NCBI GenBank assembly: GCA_030770535.1
Contig: JASVEC010000016.1
Location: 62,001 to 126,000 of the forward strand
Origin: Batkoa obscura
Lineage: Eukaryota
DNA length: 64,000 nt
Direction of reading: 5' to 3'
Numbering within the stretch: the first letter of the stretch is position 1; each line of letters starts with the position of its first letter. Made by a program: the position numbers and the translations under genes. Under the pieces are notes generated by a model. That model was given only the letters and a program-made list of their open reading frames with translations, was not told the origin of the DNA and ran no database searches. This document shows, piece after piece, positions 25,850 through 39,321 of this stretch.

Positions 25850-26801
25850 GGTAATGAAATGGATTTACAAATGGATGTATAAAAGAGAAGGAACTTTCGT
25901 GATTGCGGAAAGTAAAATTTAACTCAATAGAGAACAATACGCTTGACACGAAAATATAGCTTTTTCGAATTAACGAGAGAGTTTTTGAATTCCAAGTTAT
26001 CTGTAAAAAATAGATAAATTTTTGCAATATGAGCAAGGATTTTGCAATGTAAGCAGATATTAAAAGATTTATTAAGCTTAATTTTTATAGCATGTTATAT
26101 TTTATAATCAAATTATAAATACTAATATAGACAAAACTTGTATACCGATTTTTAAACCAACAAATAGTTTATTAATTTAACTAACCTAAACTGTTTAATA
26201 TAAATATATAAATAACTAGTATTAAATAAATACTTAATTCGTAATATAGTGGATATTGATTTGACATTATGAACATTTAACATAAAATTAAAAGTTTAGA
26301 AAAAAGGTAATTTTATCATTTTAAAATTTGTTATAACTAAAACTGTATATTAAATAAATTAAAACTGAGAAAGGTATAAAACATGGATTAAATTAAATCA
26401 GTAAAAATATAAATACGATATTATGTGTTCTTTTTTGATACTCCAAAAGACTAAAAGTTTGTTGTTTTATAATATATTTTATTTTTTGAAATTTTGTTTT
26501 ATTGAAAATTATTCTAATTTGCTTTAAAGACTATATTAGTAGATTTAATATGAAAGTTTAGAATTAAACTCTTTCATTTCTAATGCAAATAGTAAGATAA
26601 AAATAAAAACATAAACTGTCATTATTATTGACAATATGTTCATTTTAAACTAACATTATTATATTCCCACATGCTATATAAAATCCTCTCAAACCCAAAA
26701 TGACATAAAAAAACACTTAATCTTAAACCAATAAAATTCGAACCAACATTTAAATTTTAAATTGACTAAATTTAGAACGTCATCCTTTCTAGCTTATTAT
26801 A

Positions 26802-29800
26802 ATGAATGATCGCTCATTGAATGAATATGTAATATTAACATCTAACTAATACAATTCAAAAACAACTAAAGATGTATCAGCATTTAGGGGATTGTATAGG
26901 AAAGGGAGCTTTTGGCTCAGTCTATCGTGGGCTTAATATGCAAACGGGTCAAGTGGTAGCAGTCAAACAAATCATGATCTCCCACCTTAACCAAAGTGCA
27001 GTGGAATCAATTGTAATATAAATTATTGTTCGGAATTTTTTATTATTTTTTTATTAATAGAACATTCGATTTTTTAGGCAGAAATAAGTTTATTGAAAAA
27101 ATTAAATGTAAATTAAAACCATTAATTAGTATAAACTATTACTTTAATATTTTTACAAAAAATATAGCACAAAAACATAGTTAAATATTTTGGTCTCTTG
27201 AAAACTGATACCCATTTGAATATCATTATTGAGTAAATTTACTATTCATACAACTCTAATTTTATGACACAATTCCAAACTAGATATTGTGAAAATGGTT
27301 CCTTACAAAGCATTTATAAACGGTTCGGTAAGTTTCCTGAAAACTTGACCGCTCTGTATATCGCTCAGGTTCTAGAAGGCTTATTGTATCTTCATGACCA
27401 GGGGGTTATCCATCGGGATATCAAAGGTGCCAATATCTTATCCACCAAAGAAGGCTTAGTGAAATTGGCTGATTTTGGAGTATCCACCATAGCTAACGAT
27501 GATAATGCTGTGGTGGGTTCGCCGTATTGGAGTAAGTGAATAAGAAATTTAAGAGTTATATGATACTTAATATTTTATAGTGGCACCAGAAGTGATTGAG
27601 TTAAACGGAGCCAAACCTGTTTCAGATATATGGTAGTTATTAATTTTTATTATTGAGAATGAATTTAAATATGTTATTAAGGAGTGTCGGTTGTACAGTG
27701 ATTGAATTATTAGAAGGAAATCCACCATATCATTTTCTTGATCCCATGCCGGCATTATTTAGAATTGTACAGGATGACCACCCACCATTACCTCAGTTTA
27801 TATCACCGGTAATAAAACATGGTTTTTTTAATCTACAGAAATGTTAATATGAATTTAAGGTAGTTAGTGACTTTTTATTGCAGTGCTTTCAAAAAGATTT
27901 TAATTTAAGGGTTACAGCTAATAAACTTTTAAAGCATCCTTGGATTCAAAATGCTTCTATAAAGGTAAATAAAATTGTAAAAAGAATAAAATTAAAATTA
28001 AAAAAGTTATTAGGGAAGAGGTGGGAAAACTCCAAATGGAGTTAATTTCGAAAAGGATATTAAGTTGTTACAGGAATGGAATGAAGCATTAAATGGTACT
28101 CATTATAAATATTAGTAGTCAGAGATATGATTTAATGGTTAACTTTATTAGAATCCACTTCTCCACAGAACACCTCTGAAAGTTTAAGGCAGAGACTAAG
28201 TCCACTTTATACACAATATAATAGCTTAGATGGTATAAAATTACTTTGAGATATCAGCATTTTTATTTACTCTTAATTTCTATCAGATGACTTTGAACGA
28301 ATGGTAACATCTCCGACCTCAAACTTAAAAGAATTAAATAATTCACCACCAAAAGGGCCACTACAACCTAGAGCCACTCAACTATCTTCGATTCAACCTG
28401 AAGAAGAAGAAGATAATTGGGATGCTGATTTTGATATATCAGGGTCTGATATCAATTTGGACAAAATTAAAAAAGGTAACTATTTTGTTTTATAATTATT
28501 ACAAAGCGTTTATTATAATTTACTAGATAATGAAAATGCGGCATCAAGGAAAAACTCTAGTGCCGTGGTTCCCTTTACACCGTTTAAAAGTAAAGAGTTT
28601 GATTCAAACAATGATATTGATCTGACAGATGCGTTGCAGAGGATGCAGGTAAAGGTTGGTGTTTTATTAGAGTTTCATTTCTAACTCACCTTTGATTCAG
28701 GCCAAATCAAAGAATAAACATGGATTAGATCGACTGCAAGCAAATGTACTACCTCTATTGGCAGAAAAACCTAAAAAAATTGCTACCAATGATCCATTGG
28801 CTAAGTATGTTGAAGAAGAAGCAGAGGATTATTCGGATATTTTCAAAACTGTTAATATAAGTAAATGAGTTTAATATATTGAATAATCTTATATTTATTT
28901 AATTACATTAGGCGGTAGCACCTTAGCTAATGAATTGTTTGGTTCGAATGGAACTATGAATACATCTTTGGTGAGTGCGAATATAAGTGGTTACAAGATT
29001 AATTTTTAATTAAATTGTATAGAATGGGATTGAAAATTACTTTCAAGATGAAGAAGAAGAAGATATATTTCATGTTTTGGAAGAAGATTTAGAACAGACA
29101 GGTGTGCTTATATTAGTTTTGAATTGGGAATTTATTAAATCATAAAACTAAAATTCTAGATTTACAAAAGAATATTATAAGGAACAAAAATGCCAAAATA
29201 GCAGCTGAAATTAAGCAGATCATTAAGTTATTACAGCCTAATCAAGATCCTAATATATTGTTGAATGCTTGTGATAAGCTGGTAAGATCGGTAATAATAA
29301 TATTATACTGTAATTTGTAACATTTAATTTCTAGGAGTTAATACTAGTGGAAAACCCGCATTTAAGAAGCAAATTTATTAATTACCATGGTATTTTACCC
29401 ATCTTAGAGATATTGGAAGTGGTCGATTCAGAGCCTATTTTGGTATTGTTACTAAGGATAATTAATTTGGTAATATTATATTCTATAATTTTATTCTAAA
29501 TTACAACTCTTATTAAATAATAGATCGTCCACAATAATGTAGAAACTCAAGAAAATTTATGTTTGGTAGGTGGTATTCCAGTGATCATAAGTTTAGCTTC
29601 CAAGAGATACTCAATGACTATTCGATTGGAGGTGGCTTATTTCATTCGTCAGTTGTGTCACACATCTACCTTCACGCTACAAATGTTTATTTCATGTCGC
29701 GGTCTAAAAATTTTAGTGGATTTTATTGAAGAGGAGTATTCTTTGTACAAAGATTTGATATGGATTGCTATCAATGGAGTGGCTTCCATATTTGAGTTAC

Positions 29801-31059
29801 AAGTAAAATTTAGATTGGTACATTATGTTTAACATATTGATTTATTATCATAGACGCCTACTCCAAAGCATGATTTTTGTCGATTGTTTGCAAAGACTGG
29901 ATTGTTAGAGCCTTTATCCTCTGTATTGTTACGTACTTTAGGTGATGAGGATGCTTTGGCTCAAAGATATACATATAAAATTATGGGCTTATTTTTAATA
30001 TTTTCTCAAGCGGATTCTTATGTTAAGGAAATGATGGGAACCTCTTTTAATATTGTTCGAAGTAATTTATTTATTATTTATATTTTTGTATATCAATATT
30101 TGTATATTTAGATTTGTTTCATGAAATTAAAATACTGCCTATGGAATTAAAGATGATTGTATTAAAATGTATACGTAATTTATCTATTAATCCTAATACG
30201 CTGGATACATTACAAAAGGCAAATGCGATTGAAATATTGGTGGAATTATTAATCGAGTCTTTAGATCCAACAAATCCTTTTGGTCAAGCACAAGCAGTAA
30301 TTATTATTCATTGCTCAAAATTATATATTCATTTTATTATAGGAAATGTGTCATCATGTTTTAAACACCATGTTCAATTTATGTCGTATTAATAAACATC
30401 GTCAAGAGTTGGCAGCACAAGCAGGTATCATCCCACACCTTCAACATATTGGTGCATTAAAGTCCCCATTGAAACCATTTGCTATATCGATATTATGTGA
30501 TATGGCCCATGCCGGTAAAGTATGCCGTAGGCTATTAGCAAAGAATAATGGACTGCGTTTCTTTTTAGCTTTGTTGAGTGATCCTAATTGGCAAACAAAT
30601 GTATTAGAGGCGATCCTAATTTGGTTACAAGAAGAACCCAGAGAAGTAGAAACTGTTTTATTGGAGTCTAGGAATTTAAATATTATGGTCGATACCTTTG
30701 TGTGTACTAGAAATAACACTGTGTTTGAAGGCTTGATTGGACCTTTGCCTAGAGTCATTAGATTATCACCTAAATTAGCACAAGCCATTAGTTTGAAGTC
30801 CAAGTTTATCAATAAATTGTTGGTAAGGCTAGTCAAACATCCTAAAGCAATAGTAAGGTTGAGTTTATTAAAGATATTGAAGTCTTTATTAGATCAACAT
30901 TTAATATCAAAACAAAATCATATAAATCAAAGCAATCAGTTATTAAATGGGAGGTACGATATTCATTCGATTTTATTAGCACTTTCAGAAAATGATCCTG
31001 CAGTTTTAGTAAGGGAAATGGCTAAAGAGATTATTACTCAATTCAGTTCAATCTTTTAA
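26802..31059 (+). CDS. sepH: SIN/MEN Ser/Thr kinase Cdc7/SepH/Cdc15 family with C-terminal ARM repeats (many exons)
   Basis: [115 protein letters not shown]. Confidence 0.92.
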
Positions 31060-31145
31060 AATTATTTATTAACTTTAACTTTATTTTATTGTATATTTAT
31101 TATTTTAATAAAAAATATACTTATTCTTTTTAATAATAATCATGT

Positions 31146-33298
31146 TTATTCTCCTTCTCTCTTCTTCTTTTTGTGCAGCCATATCTCTTTCAATACCTTC
31201 TTTATTTTATCTTCGTTTTCACTCAAATTATATTCCGCTAATCCCGATAACAAATCAACTTCTTCTGGTTCATATTTAAAATTGAATGTTGAACAAAAAG
31301 CAGCTGTGGATGGATCAAAGTCTCCATATCTTTTATTTTTTAATAACGGAATATAAACCACAGTGATATTTAATTCCTCATTGTTTATTATGTTTTTACT
31401 TATATAAATATTTTGGTCTTCTTCTTGTTGCCATGGATCAAAGCCTACTGGCCATCGTTGATTATTTATCTTTTTAGCATAGTCCGATGCTTTGTTTAAC
31501 CATGAAGTATTCTTTACATCATCTGAGGCATCTACAGCAATAATAACATCAACATCTCTAGCATTTGTCAATAAAGGATAAAATGGTAAGTTATTATCCA
31601 TCCCAGCATCCATAAAACTCAGCTGTTCTTGTTTGACTAATGATGCCATTTTTTCATCATCTATACTCTTACTACCCTTAGCTTTCGTTTTATAAAATGG
31701 ATTATAAAAACTTATAGGATTAATTGGATGTATCTTTAACATTTCTTCATAATAGTCTTCTAACATGTCATTATACCATTGATTTATTGATTGTGGTAGA
31801 TTACCATTTATTTCATCAAAAATATGTGCAATTGTTGCACAAAATGCCGACCCAAATAAACCTAAATAAGTTCCTGATTCTACCTCACTTTCATTCGTAA
31901 TGCTCTTTCCTGATTCAAATTTTCTTCCTAATCCCCATACTGGTATAAAGAGATCAAATTCGAAACTCCCCATTTCAAATGGCGTAAATTCAAACCATTG
32001 AAAATTATTGTAATCTAATTCAGTATCATGCCTTATTGCTGTATAAATAGGGAAAGGTTCTTTCCCTTCTTTAACGATATTTCTTTGATTACTGAATTTG
32101 AGATATCCCCTATTTAATGTTGATTCTTCGACGTTTCCATTATCTGTAACTAATAAACGGGAAGTTAAAAGTGTACCAAATATATCTACCAAAGATAGTG
32201 GCACTTCTGATTTATATTTACGTATTAGGGCGCTCAATAAAGGTATTGAAACATCTGTTTGCAGCATTTTAAAAAAAGTACTAAAATTAGCTGGATCAAC
32301 TGTTAATCGATGTTTCAGGTGTGATTGAATAAAATCGAAATTCTTATTTCCCACCGTATAATACTGATAGATTAGCCAACAACTACCTGACACCCCAGAT
32401 ACATATGTTAAACAGTCCCATAACCCCATTTGTTTTATACCTTTTAAACTACCTAATGATGTAATCATTGCTCTATATCCTCCGCCACTAAATTAATATA
32501 AATAACACTATTACATATATAGTATATAATACTATTTTACCTTCCTGCATATGCTATAGTAGGGATATCTAATGGATTAATTAAATCCTTGTCAACATTG
32601 ATTAATTTTGCAAAAGCACGATGAATAGCCTGTCTTCTATTCTTAATAAAGTGTTTTTCATCTTCATTTATTTTATGCTCATTTCTAAAGTATTAACTGA
32701 TCAGTTTATATTAATAATTTAGTATATACCCTAATCACCTAACATTAGCTATTAAGTCCATTTCTGGATTAAGAGTTTTATCTTTACTTATATCTATTAT
32801 TTGATCGACATTGACATCATTCAAGATGATATCAATAAATTGGTTTAAAAACGAATTTAAAATATTTTTCAAATCCAGATTAAAATCTTTTGGCCAATAA
32901 TTAAGAATCTCTGTTACTTTCTGCTCCATATCAAGTAGCTGTTCTTTGTTTTCTATAAGCTTTTGATTCGCATCTATCAATATTTTATTAAACTCTTTCG
33001 TAACGCTATCAAAGTTTGGCAACACTTGATCCAAAGCTGGCATCTCTTTAAGTATATTCTTTTGTATCGGTTCAATGTATTCTTCTAAAATTCCTTTATC
33101 ATTTTTTAACTTGCTTTTATTATCTTTTAGATCCTCTAAGTAGATCTTTCTTGTATTGAAATTGTTTCTGTAATAGTAATAGCTAGAACATGCCAAACCA
33201 ATAACTAAGCCTAAATTAAATTGATATTATAAGTATCTTATCATTCTTATATAATTACTTTTATTTCTAATGTGCCTAAAATTATTTTTAAAAAACAT
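31146..33298 (-). CDS. Cytosolic phospholipase A2 / lysophospholipase (PLA2c domain) with N-terminal extension
   Basis: IAYAG|SGGGYRAM, YVSGVSGSCW (catalytic Ser), PFPIYTA, WFEFTPFEMG, GSAFCAT, MDAGMDNNLPFYPL, RDVDVIIAVDAS. Probable start MFFKNNFRHIRNK|SLVIGLAC at 33298. Confidence 0.9.
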
Positions 33299-33402
33299 TT
33301 TAAAAGAAACATTTTGATCGAAAATTCATGTATTTTATTTTCAAATAAAAATGACGTCACACTTCAATAAAAGCCTCCATGCAAAACAGGTTAAAAGAAT
33401 AG

Positions 33403-34065
33403 CTAAGTCAAAGAGTTTAAATTTGTCAAAATATCAAAATTATAATCGTCGTAAAATAAAGCATGCTGTTGTTGTTGTATACCATTTTGATGTAATTGAT
33501 AATAGTAATTATAGTTGCAATTATTATTATTATTATTATTACTATGCTGATGATTATAATTCATTTCATAAATATCACTATCATAGTTAACATTATAGCT
33601 ATTACATATAGCTACTGGTATGCTAGGCGTATTCGGGTTATAGCTGTATAGTGCTGGGTTATAACTCATACTTATGTTGCCACTGCTATTACTATTACTA
33701 TTAAATAATACGGGTGTAGCGGGACTGTGATTGCTATGAGACCTTTGCCTTTCACGCTTCAATTTAGCTCTACGGTTTTGAAACCAAACTTGTACAGCCT
33801 GTGGTTTCATTTGTAACTGGTTAGCAATACGATTACGCTCTTCGACCTTTGGGTTAGTACATGATTGAAAGTAGCGAATCAAGTATTCACTTTGATGCGT
33901 CTTTAAACGACTACGTGGTTTTGTAACAATTTCTTCCTTGGTATTGCTTAATAGTTGTTCTAATTCTGCACTGTTGAGATCAAAACGACGTGAGGTGGTG
34001 GGAAGAGTATTTATATTATCAGTATCCTTTGATTCGTATTTAATAATTATACTTTGATTTTCCAT
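33403..34065 (-). CDS. Homeodomain transcription factor (HD-A), single exon, Asn/Tyr-rich tail
   Basis: KPRSRLKTHQSEYLIRYFQSCTNPKVEERNRIANQLQMKPQAVQVWFQNRRAKLKR: canonical 60-aa homeodomain with Q50. Confidence 0.93.
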   Translation of the reverse strand: MENQSIIIKYESKDTDNINTLPTTSRRFDLNSAELEQLLSNTKEEIVTKPRSRLKTHQSEYLIRYFQSCTNPKVEERNRIANQLQMKPQAVQVWFQNRRAKLKRERQRSHSNHSPATPVLFNSNSNSSGNISMSYNPALYSYNPNTPSIPVAICNSYNVNYDSDIYEMNYNHQHSNNNNNNNCNYNYYYQLHQNGIQQQQHALFYDDYNFDILTNLNSLT

Positions 34066-34674
34066 TCTGGTTTTTTAGTTATCAAGAATGAATCAATGTT
34101 ATGTTTATATAGATTTTATTTCAAGGAAGTGATATTATCAATAATTTAAATTTATGATATTAAATGATTTATATCATTTTTTGTTTATTACTTCCATACT
34201 TTACCCTTCATTTTTAAAACACATCTATTATTAATAGCACACTTGGAGTGTAATTATGTTATTGAGAATGCAGTTTAATAATTTAAACTTTTAGTTAATA
34301 TAACAAAGCATTACTTCAAGTATTATTTATTACCTTATTTTTAGAGATTTGCTCAAATCTTATTATTTAAGCTTGTACTTATTTTCATAGCTTATAAAAT
34401 TTATACATAGTGATACTGATCTTTATCACTAATAACGTTATTTTTAAATAATATTGTACATTTTTACTCTTATAATAATCAAATAATCCATGATTTGTAT
34501 CAAAAATGAAAAATAAAGTTATACAATTTCAATATTATTACTATGATAATCTTTTCTCCATAATTTAATACTGACTGAGTAACATTACACATTTGTATTT
34601 TAACAAATAATGATTTTTTTACCAAAAATGAAAAAATTATAAATACATTTTATTGTAATTAACATTAAATTCTA

Positions 34675-35637
34675 TTAATTCGTAAAGTTAAAACCTTCAT
34701 TAGGCATATATAAATTCCCGCTTCCATTATTATTATCAGATGATGGTGGTTGTTTTCTGTTGTTATTATTTGGTATTTGTTCGGGCTTTGGAGGTGATCC
34801 GTTTGAGTTGTTTCCTTGATCGCCACCAGATGGTGGAGGTGGTGGTAATTCTGATACTTTAGGTCCTACGGGTTCTGCTTTGGAAGGATCAGAAGGAGGA
34901 GCGTTTTGATCTTTTGGTGGTGGTCCGTTAGGAGAACCTTGATCAGAAGGAGGAGGCCCTGAAGGAGGACCGTTTTGTCCATTTGGTGGTCCTTGATTAG
35001 GTGATGGGCCCTGATCCAATGGTGGTCCTTGATTAGGTGGTGGGCCATTTGGTGGTCCTTGATTAGGTGGTGGGCCATTTGGTGGTCCTTGATTAGGTGG
35101 TGGGCCATTTGGTGGTCCTTGATTAGGTGGTGGGCCATTTGGTGGTCCTTGATTAGGTGGTGGGCCATTTGGTGGTCCGTTTTGTCCTGTTGGTGGTGGC
35201 CCTTGATTAGAAGGAGGAGGACCGGATGGAGGATTATTATTAGATGGACCAGGCGCCTTACCATCCTTTAATGCCCAAAACACATCCTTAGCTTGATTTG
35301 GTACTGCCCAAAACACATCTTTAGCCTGATTTGGTACTGCCCAAAAAACGTCTTTAGCTTGGTATGGTACTGCCCAATTTGGATCATTTGCTGCTTGTGG
35401 TGAAGGATTTATTGGGGTTGGGTTTTGAGATAGCGGGTTGCCTGATTGTCCATTAGGGAGTCCATTAGGTTGTAAGTTATTTTGAGGTTGTGCAAGTTGT
35501 GGAGGTAAATCTTGGTTTGGAGGTCCATTAGAAGGCTTTATATTTGATGGAGGTGGTATTTGATTAGGAGCTGGGTTTGCGTTTTGAGCTAATACTGCTG
35601 ATAAAGTTAAACTTAGTATAAATTTATTGCAAATCAT
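34675..35637 (-). CDS. Secreted Pro/Gly/Asn/Gln-rich repeat protein
   Basis: Signal-peptide-like MICNKFILSLTLSAVLA; 3x WAVP(Y/N)QAKDVF; about 5-6x NQGPPNGPPP; single exon, 320 aa. Confidence 0.85.
   Translation of the reverse strand: MICNKFILSLTLSAVLAQNANPAPNQIPPPSNIKPSNGPPNQDLPPQLAQPQNNLQPNGLPNGQSGNPLSQNPTPINPSPQAANDPNWAVPYQAKDVFWAVPNQAKDVFWAVPNQAKDVFWALKDGKAPGPSNNNPPSGPPPSNQGPPPTGQNGPPNGPPPNQGPPNGPPPNQGPPNGPPPNQGPPNGPPPNQGPPNGPPPNQGPPLDQGPSPNQGPPNGQNGPPSGPPPSDQGSPNGPPPKDQNAPPSDPSKAEPVGPKVSELPPPPPSGGDQGNNSNGSPPKPEQIPNNNNRKQPPSSDNNNGSGNLYMPNEGFNFTN
35021..35178. repeat. 30-bp coding tandem repeat (GGTGGTCCTTGATTAGGTGGTGGGCCATTT) x5
   Basis: Identical 30-mers read directly; they encode NGPPPNQGPP on the minus strand. 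Confidence 0.95.
35271..35376. repeat. 33-bp coding tandem repeat x3 (WAVPNQAKDVF)
   Basis: GCCCAAAA.AC.TC.TTAGC.TG.T.TGGTACT units differing mostly by synonymous changes. Confidence 0.9.
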
Positions 35638-37062
35638 TGTTATATATTATTGTTTTAATAAATTAATATTGGATTTCAACTCCAATTCATTCTATTTATA
35701 CTAATCTTATTCCTTTCTAATTATGTTTTATTACTTAGCTTCAAAGGCTTTCATGACTTACTGTATGAAATTGAATCATCTATAATGCAGAGCTATAAAC
35801 AAGGCTTTAAATGATTTATGCAACTTCAATATTACAGCATTGTTTTTAGTTTAAAATTAATCCTGATAATAAATTTAGGGAGCCTAACTTGATTTACTAT
35901 TTGAATTAAAGCTTTTATGCCAAATTTGTGTTAAGATCATTTACACTTTTAGATTGTAAAAAACTGCAATCTTTTGACTAAAAATAGCTGTGACCCTTTT
36001 GCTGATACTCCTTTATTACTGTGATTCTAGTTAAATTTAATTCATTAGGACTTTGACTAAATTATTATATTATTTTTACTAATATCTTGATGTTAACTTT
36101 ATGATATCTAACTATTCACATCAGCAAAATAAAGTATAGAGCTTTAAAATAGTTGTTAAAGTAAAGGGATTATCCATATGATTGGGTTTATAAGTAAATA
36201 GATAAACAATTTCTAAATTTTAAGTATAAGCCTTTAATTTCTTAATAAATGATTCGCATAGGCCAAGAGATTTTTATTTTATTATTTTGTTAATCTATTT
36301 TTATTATTTTTTATTAGTCTTTTAGACAAAATTTTATTAGCTCTAGAATTTAGTTTGTTTTATAACCGTTTCCTTAAATTTTAACCTCTTTATAATAAAC
36401 AAAATATGGTTTTAGTTGAAGTGACACATTCTAATGAGTAATATTAATAAATCGTTTTTTAGAATATATTTATTATTTAAAAAAATGAGATAGCAATTTG
36501 AATAAAGTTAAATTTATTAATAAAGATAAGACATGAAAATATTAGACTTACAAAGTAACATTTATTCTTTTGTGAAGTTGAGTTTAACAAACTTCCGCAT
36601 GTGCTTTTATGATATTAATATTGTTCTGTTTTTTAGAATATATAACGCAATAAAAACAAATAATGCTCAATATCTTTTCTTGAATAAATAAAATACTTCA
36701 TTCATGGTGGGTAATAAAAAGAGCCTTATTATAAGCCAGTGATATTATATTATTTATTATCGATTTATTGATTCCAGCTTAAATATATTAATAAAAAATA
36801 AGTCTTTTTTCATAAACATTATAAAATTCAGTTATTTTGCATAGAGCTCAGTGTTGTGAATTTTACCTCTAATAATCAATACTTAGGATGAAGTGAATAG
36901 CTAAGTAAATAAACAATGAAGTAGTTGATAGATAAATAAGCTTGAATGATGTTTGTTTAATTATTTATAAGCCTATCATATTGACTTTTTATTTAATTGT
37001 AAAATACTTGTTTGCTATAAACTATATAAACTATAAGTTAAGAAACAATTTAATCACAAGAA

Positions 37063-37477
37063 ATTAGAAAAGGGATGGGTTAGTTATAATTTGGACTTTG
37101 ATGTAGCAGATGAGCCGCTAAAAAATGGGAACGTTGATAGTAATAAAACTAGTTTTAGAGCTTACCAGAAAAAATACTTATTGAGATGCTTTAAAAAGGA
37201 TAGTTACCCAGACAGCCAGGGTATTTACAAAATTGCGATTAAGTTAAAAGTACTAAGATATAAAGTGGATACCTGGTTTCAAAATATGAGTCAAAAGCAT
37301 GTATTGATAATTCCAAATAACACCGTAAGTAACCTATATAACTATAGTTCAAATTTGAATCCGACTTCTTATTATTGTGATAAATGTAGTGGTTTAATTA
37401 GTGCTCCAAAATGTATCAGTAAAAATAATAACATTCCACCCAGTGATGTTTACTATATGAATTACAATAATCAATGA
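37063..37477 (+). pseudogene. Decayed homeobox paralog (HD-B)
   Basis: FRAYQKKYLLRCFKKDSYPD...IAIKLKVLRYKVDTWFQNMSQK. Aligns with HD-C at DNA level, but ATG AGG AAA is ATT AGA AAA, there is a +1 indel before the domain, R53 is replaced, and an early TGA ends at 37477. Confidence 0.75.
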
Positions 37478-38774
37478 GTATTTGATTTTTTTCTAGACAG
37501 CTATTTTAATAACCACCACATTCCTGAAATTCATAGCAACAATAGACGTCTTGTTAACTATTATAACCCCGGGATCGCTAACGATAAATATGTTATTTCT
37601 TCCATCCCTGAAATTATTGATAAGTACATTAATGATTGCACTACTCGTGAAATTAACAGCAATCATGGTACTTGTAATGATTCCTATAATGAAAGATTCT
37701 ATTAGCATTTTAGTAACTACTTTATCAACAATATACTTAATACTAGTGCCTATTATAATAGTTTTTTTAGTGTAATTACAATTTAAGGCAGATAGCAATA
37801 TTCAACTATCCTTTAATAAGTTGTAAAGAGAATGTACCATTACCGCTAGCTCTAATATCCCCTACAATCAATAAAGGAATTCATATTATCAATCTACTTT
37901 ATTAAATAGTCAAATTGATTTTAAAATAGTATTAAAATAAATATAATATTTTAGGTTAAATGACAAATTTTGACAAAAAGCTACCTGTAAAATGATATCG
38001 ATATTTCTTTTAAAGAGTTATAATGAATTGTATAATTTTATTTCGTTTTAAAATTAATATTAACCATTTGTTTATCTTGGTCTATATGGCATATACGATT
38101 AGTCTAACTCGGTCTTTAAAACTTAAAAAGGCAATGTGTTTTTCTTTTACTTGATTTTTTCAAACTTAACAACTATTAGCATTAAATATTGATTATTTAC
38201 AGAATATTGTGTTTATGTTTTGAGTATAGTCACAATATGAGGTTTACAGTTTCAATATTTTAATTATAAAAAAGGTTTATTATAATAAGGAATTTACACT
38301 ACTCCTATGCTTCATAAACTCGTTCAAGCTCAATCATCATATCTACCATAATATAGTTATTGTTAGATGGTCTTTAATGATATCCTGATTTCCATATTAC
38401 GACCAGTATAGTCTAGTATGTTAGGGTTAGTTACAAATGATAAAAAACAAGAAGCATCAAAAGTCAGAGGGTCTTAATCTTATTAAAGTTACTAAATTTA
38501 TCCTTTGTTTTTTATTTTGTTGTCTATAAGTAAATTTAAAAAAATTTGTTTACTTTGTCTTATAGCTATTTCTCTCAATACTATAAACTCTTTATAATAA
38601 ACAAAATGATATATAAGTATTAAAGGAGTGATATTATCATAAATGAATAACAGTAGTAATAACCTGTCTTTTAAACCATTATTGTTATTAAAAACCATTC
38701 AACTTGAATGGTTTTCTTACTTTTCTAAGTATTGATATTATAAAAGCACATGCTCAAATTTAATAAAATTAACT

Positions 38775-38878
38775 TATGAGAGTGTTTTTTTTGACTTCAT
38801 TGTTTTCCATTTTTTAAGCACTATTTAAGCGGAAAATTTGTTAGTAGAATTCTTAAATACAAAAATACATCCCCTTAT
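38775..38878 (-). mobile_element. MITE family A copy 4 (reverse orientation)
   Basis: TATGAGAGTGTTTTTTTTGACTTCATTG...AAAAATACATCCCCTTA is the reverse complement of the family consensus. Confidence 0.85.
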
Positions 38879-39321
38879 GTTATTTCAAAAAAAAGATTTA
38901 AAGTTAATATTATATCTTTACTTGTTTTCGAATATATCATAATATTTCTTAGTAATATCAAATGATAATAAGCATAGTAATGCCAGCTTTTTAAAGAGAT
39001 AGCCATACATTGATACTATTATCGTTTACTTTAGTCTTTAGTTTAAATGAAAATAAGTTTATTTTTTTAAGATTACGAAATTAGTAATACTTTATGTAAC
39101 TTAGTATTAAAATTTATTTCTATTAGCAATGTTTGAGATGAGACAAACTTAGTAAATGAATAATAAAATTAAATATTTTATTAAAAAAATGAGATTTAAA
39201 TGATGTCTATAAACAATCATTTTATTTTACAGTATCATCACTTTTATCTAAAATAATGAAATACTCACTACTCTAGAAGTATATATAAATAAAAAATAGA
39301 TATTGTGTTTAATTACAAAAA

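Noticed and set aside
35021..35376. CRISPR-like array
   Set aside because: Head-to-tail in-frame coding repeats without unique spacers, in a eukaryotic gene.
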